From NCBI GenBank assembly GCA_964016885.1, contig OZ024741.1, positions 151,714,001 to 151,778,000 of the forward strand: 64,000 bases of DNA, written 5' to 3'. Position 1 is the stretch's first letter. Every line of letters begins with the position of its first letter. This document shows, piece by piece, positions 56,726 through 64,000 of the stretch. The notes under the pieces are model-generated. The model made no database searches. It was not told the DNA's origin and saw only the letters and a program-made list of their open reading frames with translations. The translations under genes and the position numbers were made by a program. The DNA is from Eledone cirrhosa (taxonomy: Eukaryota).

Positions 56726-58735
56726 TTATACTTCTCTTAGGTCAGTGTTGTTTGTTTGGGTGTTGTTGTTGTTCCACTCATTCTTTCTGTTTAGCTTTGG
56801 TCTTCTAATTTCTATTTCACTGGCCTCTCTGATTTGCCTATCTGCTGGGTCATTCCTATGTTTAGATATTATTCTAATTTCTATGTTGTCTATGTTACCG
56901 TCATGATGTTGTCTAGCATGTTCGTATAGTACTGACCCGTTTTTTCGTCCTTTTAGTTCCCCCCAGTGTTGGTCTATCCTTTCACCTATGCTACGAGCTG
57001 TCTCACCTATGTATGTTGTTGTCGTGTTTCTGCAAGTACCCTCTGTACATCTTATGCTATAGACTACGTTTCTAGTTTTACAGTTTATCCGGGGGTTCAC
57101 CTTACATATGATACATTTCCTATTGGTACAGTGGGTTTTCTTAAAAGGGTAGGTTTTGCTGATCAGGGATTTTATGGTGGTTCCTGGCTTTTCTACCACC
57201 TTTATTTTTAAGTGGGTCTTTCTCAGGGCCTTTCTACACTGGTTAGCTAATTTCCCTCCAGGGGTGGCGTCCACAAACATGACACTCTGATATCTCTGGT
57301 TGTCGTACCATGATGTGGCCTTCCCTATCTTATGTCTAGCCCTGTCTAAGCTATTCCATGATTTGCTCCTGTATAGTGGGCAAATTCCTTTCATGTCCAG
57401 TTCTATGAGGGTCTTATACTTTTCCATGGCTCCTTCGTATACTCTGACTCTGTCTCTTTGGTTGTAGCCAGAGAACTGCATGCGGTTGATGAAGTGTTGG
57501 ATGTGTCCTTCCATTTCTGTTGGGTCGCACATGCTGGACACATTCTTCATCACTCGTACCAAATCTGCGATCAGAATATTAAACTTAGCACTACTGGACA
57601 TTGCTGAGTTTTTGAGTATCAGGTATTTGGAGGCCATGGGTTTAGCATAGTGTGAGTGGAGAATTTGGGCTCTCTCGTCTATAGTGTTAATCCAGAGTTC
57701 TGTGTCTAATACAGGTAGTCTATTGTTAGGGTGTTTGGAAGGGAAGTCTATAGTTACAGTTATACTCTGGTGTATGGAATTAGCTATCTGCTGGATGCTT
57801 TCCATCGTGCTACGTTCTAAATCAAACTTGTTAGTGCTCTCTAGTGGGGGTGTTCTTATAACTATATTGATATCGTCTACATAACGAGAGTACATGATGA
57901 GGTCTATGGAGCTTTCATTAAGGAGATCTTTAAGTCTCCTTTCCCACCATACCATGAAAAGGTTGGCAACATCGCCAGCTATGCTGACGCCGATGGCTGC
58001 TCCCTCATTTTGGGTGTAGATTTTCTCATTGAACTTAAATATGTGGCCCTTTAGGGTAGTTTTGATACTAGCCCCTATTGCATGTGCGACCATTTTTCTT
58101 ACCTGATCAGTGTTTTGGGGGGTCCGTATAGCTTTGGTCCACCCAATCCACCTTCTTATGGGAGTCTTTTTAGCCATTGAGGTTATGGTGGGGGGTCTAC
58201 CTCTTATAGGTCTACTAGGGCAGAAACATCTAAGGTCATGGCTGTCTAGGTAGTCAGTGTCGTAGGTAAGTCTAAGTAGGAGGCCCAGTTCGTCTGTGTC
58301 GACGTCGCAGAACTCCACCTCACTCTCAATGATCATCTCCACACATCTTTTCACAGCAAAATCAATGTTAATGGATGGGTACAGTGACACCACATCCATG
58401 CTGCCTATTATGCAGTTGGATAGGCTCCTGTTTTTGTTGCACTCACTGATTCTGCTGAGGAGGTCCTCTGTACTTTCACATACATCTGGGGACATCTTGA
58501 TTATGGGGCGTATAACCATTGAGAGGAAGTAGGAGATCCTGTAGTTGCTAGCTATATTAGCTCCGCATACAGGTCTTGTTGGTGGTCCTATTGTCGGGTC
58601 GTCGACTGTCTTGTGGTCTTTGCGGAGCCCATACAAGGGTGGTATGCCATTGTTAGACGCCTGGAAGTTGTTGGCAGTGCGTCTGCTTGGCTTTAGGATG
58701 TCAGTCCACATCATCATGTGAGCGTTGAGGATTTT
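56726..58735 (-). CDS. Inverted partial copy of the PLE RT + GIY-YIG ORF
   Basis: 663 aa essentially identical to the C-terminal part of 58757..61939 (one visible change, PIRRW vs PIGRW). Confidence 0.88.
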   Translation of the reverse strand, partial: KILNAHMMMWTDILKPSRRTANNFQASNNGIPPLYGLRKDHKTVDDPTIGPPTRPVCGANIASNYRISYFLSMVIRPIIKMSPDVCESTEDLLSRISECNKNRSLSNCIIGSMDVVSLYPSINIDFAVKRCVEMIIESEVEFCDVDTDELGLLLRLTYDTDYLDSHDLRCFCPSRPIRGRPPTITSMAKKTPIRRWIGWTKAIRTPQNTDQVRKMVAHAIGASIKTTLKGHIFKFNEKIYTQNEGAAIGVSIAGDVANLFMVWWERRLKDLLNESSIDLIMYSRYVDDINIVIRTPPLESTNKFDLERSTMESIQQIANSIHQSITVTIDFPSKHPNNRLPVLDTELWINTIDERAQILHSHYAKPMASKYLILKNSAMSSSAKFNILIADLVRVMKNVSSMCDPTEMEGHIQHFINRMQFSGYNQRDRVRVYEGAMEKYKTLIELDMKGICPLYRSKSWNSLDRARHKIGKATSWYDNQRYQSVMFVDATPGGKLANQCRKALRKTHLKIKVVEKPGTTIKSLISKTYPFKKTHCTNRKCIICKVNPRINCKTRNVVYSIRCTEGTCRNTTTTYIGETARSIGERIDQHWGELKGRKNGSVLYEHARQHHDGNIDNIEIRIISKHRNDPADRQIREASEIEIRRPKLNRKNEWNNNNTQTNNTDLREV

Positions 58736-58756
58736 AGAATGGATGAATAAGAATGG

Positions 58757-61700
58757 TTGAAATTAGAATGGATGAATAAGAAAAAACTACAAGAAAGGAA
58801 AATCGAATATTCTCAAAAATACCCAGATAACATCGACAACATCCGTATGAGTGATGTAAAACTACCGGAAGAATTTACCAATGACCACACAGTAAATATC
58901 TATGGGAACACTTTAATCAGTGAACAAGAACAACAAATCCTAAAGTTACCACCAAAATTTGCCATCTACAAAAAGATTAATCCTATGGAATGCAAAACGG
59001 AGCTGGAAAAGTGTTTCACAAAAATACGTTGGAATGCAAAGGTAAACAACAACAACAATAATAACGGTAACGGTAGTAGTAATATAAACAATAACTCTGG
59101 GTATAGAAATAACAGCCATAACCATAACAATGGCAGGAAAGTGAGAAATAGTGATAATGGTAATAATACTAGCGATAGACAGAACAACAACAACCACAAT
59201 AATAATAATAATAGAAACGTTAACCACAGACACAGCAACAGTGACCACAGTAGTAATAACGGTAACAATACGAACAACAACAACAACAATAACCACAGTG
59301 GTAATAATGGAAATAGTACATGTAGCAACATCAACAAAAACAAGAAACATAATAATAGTAACAACCACAATGGTAGAAATAGCAGTAACAACGACAATAA
59401 CGGTGAAGTAAACAACAATACATCTAGCAATCATAACAATAATAATATTAATGCTAAGGATAGAAACAACAACAACCACCATGATAACAATAATAGCAAC
59501 ACACACAACTATGACGATAGAAATAACGACAACCCCTTAGAGAAACTATTTTTCAACCCAGCTGACAAAACATATAAGATGGGTAATATCTATCCTACGA
59601 GGTTACCCTTTAATAAAAGAGTTTGCATACCACAACAAATAGATGACGAGACGGAGGCACAGTTCACCATAGCTAGAAATAAGATTAGACAAGTAGTAGA
59701 CAGGTACACTATGAGACAGAGCAGACCAGAGGCCCAACAACTTGGGATAAAACCTGTAGAAGGCTTGGTTAGCCTCAAGCAGCGCACAAGGGATGGTGAG
59801 GTAGTGTGTCTACCCACAGATAAGTCTGGTAGGATGTCAATAGATAGCATGCCGAACTACATCGAGGCAATGCAACCCCACATCACCAACACGAGCGAAG
59901 TTGCACAACTAACACACGATGGGAGAGAAAAAATCCTCAACGCTCACATGATGATGTGGACTGACATCCTAAAGCCAAGCAGACGCACTGCCAACAACTT
60001 CCAGGCGTCTAACAATGGCATACCACCCTTGTATGGGCTCCGCAAAGACCACAAGACAGTCGACGACCCGACAATAGGACCACCAACAAGACCTGTATGC
60101 GGAGCTAATATAGCTAGCAACTACAGGATCTCCTACTTCCTCTCAATGGTTATACGCCCCATAATCAAGATGTCCCCAGATGTATGTGAAAGTACAGAGG
60201 ACCTCCTCAGCAGAATCAGTGAGTGCAACAAAAACAGGAGCCTATCCAACTGCATAATAGGCAGCATGGATGTGGTGTCACTGTACCCATCCATTAACAT
60301 TGATTTTGCTGTGAAAAGATGTGTGGAGATGATCATTGAGAGTGAGGTGGAGTTCTGCGACGTCGACACAGACGAACTGGGCCTCCTACTTAGACTTACC
60401 TACGACACTGACTACCTAGACAGCCATGACCTTAGATGTTTCTGCCCTAGTAGACCTATAAGAGGTAGACCCCCCACCATAACCTCAATGGCTAAAAAGA
60501 CTCCCATAGGAAGGTGGATTGGGTGGACCAAAGCTATACGGACCCCCCAAAACACTGATCAGGTAAGAAAAATGGTCGCACATGCAATAGGGGCTAGTAT
60601 CAAAACTACCCTAAAGGGCCACATATTTAAGTTCAACGAGAAGATCTACACCCAAAATGAGGGAGCAGCCATCGGCGTCAGCATAGCTGGCGATGTTGCC
60701 AACCTTTTCATGGTATGGTGGGAAAGGAGACTTAAAGATCTCCTTAATGAAAGCTCCATAGACCTCATCATGTACTCTCGTTATGTAGACGATATCAATA
60801 TAGTTATAAGAACACCCCCACTAGAGAGCACTAACAAGTTTGATTTAGAACGTAGCACGATGGAAAGCATCCAGCAGATAGCTAATTCCATACACCAGAG
60901 TATAACTGTAACTATAGACTTCCCTTCCAAACACCCTAACAATAGACTACCTGTATTAGACACAGAACTCTGGATTAACACTATAGACGAGAGAGCCCAA
61001 ATTCTCCACTCACACTATGCTAAACCCATGGCCTCCAAATACCTGATACTCAAAAACTCAGCAATGTCCAGTAGTGCTAAGTTTAATATTCTGATCGCAG
61101 ATTTGGTACGAGTGATGAAGAATGTGTCCAGCATGTGCGACCCAACAGAAATGGAAGGACACATCCAACACTTCATCAACCGCATGCAGTTCTCTGGCTA
61201 CAACCAAAGAGACAGAGTCAGAGTATACGAAGGAGCCATGGAAAAGTATAAGACCCTCATAGAACTGGACATGAAAGGAATTTGCCCACTATACAGGAGC
61301 AAATCATGGAATAGCTTAGACAGGGCTAGACATAAGATAGGGAAGGCCACATCATGGTACGACAACCAGAGATATCAGAGTGTCATGTTTGTGGACGCCA
61401 CCCCTGGAGGGAAATTAGCTAACCAGTGTAGAAAGGCCCTGAGAAAGACCCACTTAAAAATAAAGGTGGTAGAAAAGCCAGGAACCACCATAAAATCCCT
61501 GATCAGCAAAACCTACCCTTTTAAGAAAACCCACTGTACCAATAGGAAATGTATCATATGTAAGGTGAACCCCCGGATAAACTGTAAAACTAGAAACGTA
61601 GTCTATAGCATAAGATGTACAGAGGGTACTTGCAGAAACACGACAACAACATACATAGGTGAGACAGCTCGTAGCATAGGTGAAAGGATAGACCAACACT

Positions 61701-61939
61701 GGGGGGAACTAAAAGGACGAAAAAACGGGTCAGTACTATACGAACATGCTAGACAACATCATGACGGTAACATAGACAACATAGAAATTAGAATAATATC
61801 TAAACATAGGAATGACCCAGCAGATAGGCAAATCAGAGAGGCCAGTGAAATAGAAATTAGAAGACCAAAGCTAAACAGAAAGAATGAGTGGAACAACAAC
61901 AACACCCAAACAAACAACACTGACCTAAGAGAAGTATAA
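58757..61939 (+). CDS. PLE polyprotein: N-terminal domain with Asn-rich insert, RT, Cys linker, GIY-YIG; uninterrupted but probably lacks its true N-terminus
   Basis: LKLPPKFA, PTDKSGR, LYGLRKDHK, TRPVCGA, GSMDVVSLYPSI, GAAIGVSIAG, YSRYVDD, CTNRKCIIC, VVYSIRC..YIGETAR..H; starts at TTG next to the inversion junction; motif style resembles Naiad-type PLEs (recall, not searched). Confidence 0.93.
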   Translation: MKLEWMNKKKLQERKIEYSQKYPDNIDNIRMSDVKLPEEFTNDHTVNIYGNTLISEQEQQILKLPPKFAIYKKINPMECKTELEKCFTKIRWNAKVNNNNNNNGNGSSNINNNSGYRNNSHNHNNGRKVRNSDNGNNTSDRQNNNNHNNNNNRNVNHRHSNSDHSSNNGNNTNNNNNNNHSGNNGNSTCSNINKNKKHNNSNNHNGRNSSNNDNNGEVNNNTSSNHNNNNINAKDRNNNNHHDNNNSNTHNYDDRNNDNPLEKLFFNPADKTYKMGNIYPTRLPFNKRVCIPQQIDDETEAQFTIARNKIRQVVDRYTMRQSRPEAQQLGIKPVEGLVSLKQRTRDGEVVCLPTDKSGRMSIDSMPNYIEAMQPHITNTSEVAQLTHDGREKILNAHMMMWTDILKPSRRTANNFQASNNGIPPLYGLRKDHKTVDDPTIGPPTRPVCGANIASNYRISYFLSMVIRPIIKMSPDVCESTEDLLSRISECNKNRSLSNCIIGSMDVVSLYPSINIDFAVKRCVEMIIESEVEFCDVDTDELGLLLRLTYDTDYLDSHDLRCFCPSRPIRGRPPTITSMAKKTPIGRWIGWTKAIRTPQNTDQVRKMVAHAIGASIKTTLKGHIFKFNEKIYTQNEGAAIGVSIAGDVANLFMVWWERRLKDLLNESSIDLIMYSRYVDDINIVIRTPPLESTNKFDLERSTMESIQQIANSIHQSITVTIDFPSKHPNNRLPVLDTELWINTIDERAQILHSHYAKPMASKYLILKNSAMSSSAKFNILIADLVRVMKNVSSMCDPTEMEGHIQHFINRMQFSGYNQRDRVRVYEGAMEKYKTLIELDMKGICPLYRSKSWNSLDRARHKIGKATSWYDNQRYQSVMFVDATPGGKLANQCRKALRKTHLKIKVVEKPGTTIKSLISKTYPFKKTHCTNRKCIICKVNPRINCKTRNVVYSIRCTEGTCRNTTTTYIGETARSIGERIDQHWGELKGRKNGSVLYEHARQHHDGNIDNIEIRIISKHRNDPADRQIREASEIEIRRPKLNRKNEWNNNNTQTNNTDLREV

Positions 61940-62073
61940 ATAAATAAGTAAATTAAATTAAATAAAATAAGATAAATAAATACATACACAAGCACATAAA
62001 CACACACTAGTCACCCAGCAGACAACACTATACACACTAGTCACACATCACACATAACACTATACACACACGC

Positions 62074-62172
62074 AAACGCATGCGCAAAGAAGACAAAATA
62101 AAATAAGATAAACAAACAAGCAAATAAATAAATAAATATATAGACAGACTGAACAAAAAAAATGGCGTAGAC
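62074..62172 (+). promoter_or_regulatory. Candidate pseudo-LTR promoter: NRF1-like GCATGCGC and YY1-like AAAATGGCG motifs
   Basis: cgcatgcgca (~62077) and aaaatggcg (~62159); the same pair and order occur in P2 at ~54038 and ~54077. Confidence 0.5.
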
Positions 62173-62203
62173 ATACAACACAACAGGAGGAACAATGAAT
62201 ATA

Positions 62204-62248
62204 ACACCACTGACGATGTTGCAGATGTGCAACGAAAGATTTATGTAA
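62204..62248 (+). ncRNA. Minimal type I hammerhead, family P1 (mirror copies 56416-56460 and 47061-47105)
   Basis: CA-CUGACGA-U-GUUGCA-GAUG-UGCAAC-GAAA-GAUU-UA/UG; proximal stem I is weak. Confidence 0.7.
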
Positions 62249-62498
62249 ACTATATATATATGTGTTTGTCTATATTGTATCTGTATTATTTTTGACCGCC
62301 GGTCAGTCAATGGCAACATTGAGGACCGAGTAAGTTAGATCGCAGATATATATATATAAAAGACAGCGAGAAGCGAAAACCAACCAAACAGTGAGTGTGT
62401 TCTGTTATTAATTCTGGCAATATTACGCAAATATGACCCTCCCCAAATATAACAATATCTGTTTCGACACACGATTTCATATAAAAAACCTCGCAAAA

Positions 62499-62540
<42 letters not shown>

Positions 62541-62591
62541 CATATCGAAATATATACATGTTTATATATATATATATATATCGAAAATATT

Positions 62592-62910
62592 CTTAGAAGA
62601 AATGTGTACATACCGTAATTATATCTCTTACGGTATGTACACATTTCTTCTAAGTTTAATTTTACACCTAATTGTGTATGGTTGATGATATATTTAGTCA
62701 GTTTCCACATGGTGTCGAAATGTTGGACAAATATACTATATTGGGGCCACCGCGAAGAGGCCACTTTTGTTTATTTGTCGAAGATTTCTTCATAAGAGCC
62801 TTTTTTCTTATAGCTTGGTCTAATTGATTTTTTATATGGTTAATTATGCTAATCGGAAGAAGAAACGGTATATATTTTATCTAATCATTCTAAAGACATG
62901 ATTTATGATA
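62592..62910. mobile_element. Short TA-flanked insertion beginning with a ~26-bp hairpin
   Basis: cttagaagaaatgtgtacataccgtaa / ttacggtatgtacacatttcttctaag. Confidence 0.55.
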
Positions 62911-62922
62911 TTTATATATATA

Positions 62923-62953
<31 letters not shown>

Positions 62954-62957
<4 letters not shown>

Positions 62958-63690
62958 AAAAAGAGATGAAATCGAAAATGCAACTGGAGTCTTATTTTTA
63001 AAAATAAATATATATATTTATTTGGTTCCTTTACCGGTTTCGCAGTTCTTCTGCTTTTCAAAAGGTGAATTGTGATGGAGGGTCTGTGGTTTTTCTCACA
63101 TCTGGTTGGTCTCTGAATGTTACTTGTTTTATATGGAAAAAATGGCTCGAAATGCCAGGTTTTTCGAGAAGTAATTTGATTGGTTTGTCAATAATTATAA
63201 TAAATTTCGCGCCAGTTCGCGTTACAATAGTTCTTCAAATAAGAGGGGGGGTTGTCACAGGTTGTTTTTTTCATATATGAGTGTTTGAATTTCTTTTTAC
63301 AACAAAAAAAGCCTTCGTGAGCCCCTTTTTTCAAGTAAAAAGAAATTCAAACACTCATATCTGAAAAAACAACCTGTGACAACCCCCCCCCCCCCTCTTA
63401 TTTGAAGAACTATTGTAACGCGAACTGGCGCGAAATTTATTATAATTATTGACAAACCAATCAAATTACTTCTCGAAAAACCTGGCATTTCGAGCCACTT
63501 TTTCCATATAAAACAAGTAACATTCAGAGACCAACCAGATGTGAGAAAAACCACAGACCCTCCATCACAACTCACCTTTTGAAAAGCAGAAGAACTGCGA
63601 AACCGGTAAAGGAACCAAATAAATATATATATATTTTTTTTTTAAATAAGACTCCAGTTGCATATTCGATTTCATCTCTTTTTCTTTATA
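62954..63690. repeat. ~345-bp inverted repeat with ~35-nt loop (fold-back of another family)
   Basis: Mirror ORFs 63065..63280 and 63297..63575; arms 62954-63300 and 63335-63690. Confidence 0.9.
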
Positions 63691-63745
63691 CTTTCACTCG
63701 TGTAGGACACCTCGGTTATTTTTCAATTTGTAAAAAAAACCTCAC

Positions 63746-63805
<60 letters not shown>

Positions 63806-64000
63806 TAGAATTGGTGCTCTGAAATAGCTATATATATATGAATGTATATATAGTGTATTTTGCAATACACTGTATGCTTAATTAAAAGCATTTCGAAGAC
63901 CTTATGCTATTGTTTTAGAGTAGTGACAGACTCACTTACTTTAATTTTCAGCAAAAAGAGGAGATAAAGCTGACAATGCCCTGTTTCGCATTTATTGAGT

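Larger units (their letters stand above)
56210..62503 (+). mobile_element. PLE family P1, young copy with 2.5-kb inverted duplication
   Basis: 56210-58735 is the near-identical reverse complement of ~59930-62455; TA flanks. Confidence 0.95.

Noticed and set aside
58757-61939. Selenocysteine (in-frame TGA) recoding as in some PLEs
   Set aside because: No in-frame TGA in the visible ORF; the missing N-terminus cannot be assessed
56726-61939. ADAR-editing signature between the two arms
   Set aside because: The few differences I checked are G>A and C>T in the inverted arm relative to the older copy, which fits ordinary mutation

Overview
Eukaryotic, gene-free, repeat-dominated DNA; the SINE, RTE and microsatellite content resembles an invertebrate, probably an octopus-like cephalopod (inference). 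The first ~34 kb holds decayed non-LTR retrotransposons: two convergent Tx1/L1-clade elements, two RTE-type fragments and an R4/Dong-like fragment, plus tRNA-like SINEs and a 49-bp minisatellite. From ~35 kb onward, long (TA)n tracts carry a dense cluster of Penelope-like elements (PLEs; RT + GIY-YIG) and short non-coding derivatives from at least four families (my labels P1-P4), nearly all as fold-back (inverted) insertions. Hammerhead ribozyme (HHR) motifs occur in the repeats of most families. Three observations stand out: (i) two divergent elements (29.4 kb, 50.6 kb) share a covarying motif with every hammerhead core nucleotide but in a strand order matching none of types I/II/III, i.e. 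a candidate pseudoknotted hammerhead; (ii) a 533-nt retrozyme-like unit starts, and folds back, exactly at its own predicted HHR cleavage site; (iii) fold-back breakpoints and one-short/one-long end asymmetry recur across insertions. All structures were read by eye; none were computed or searched.
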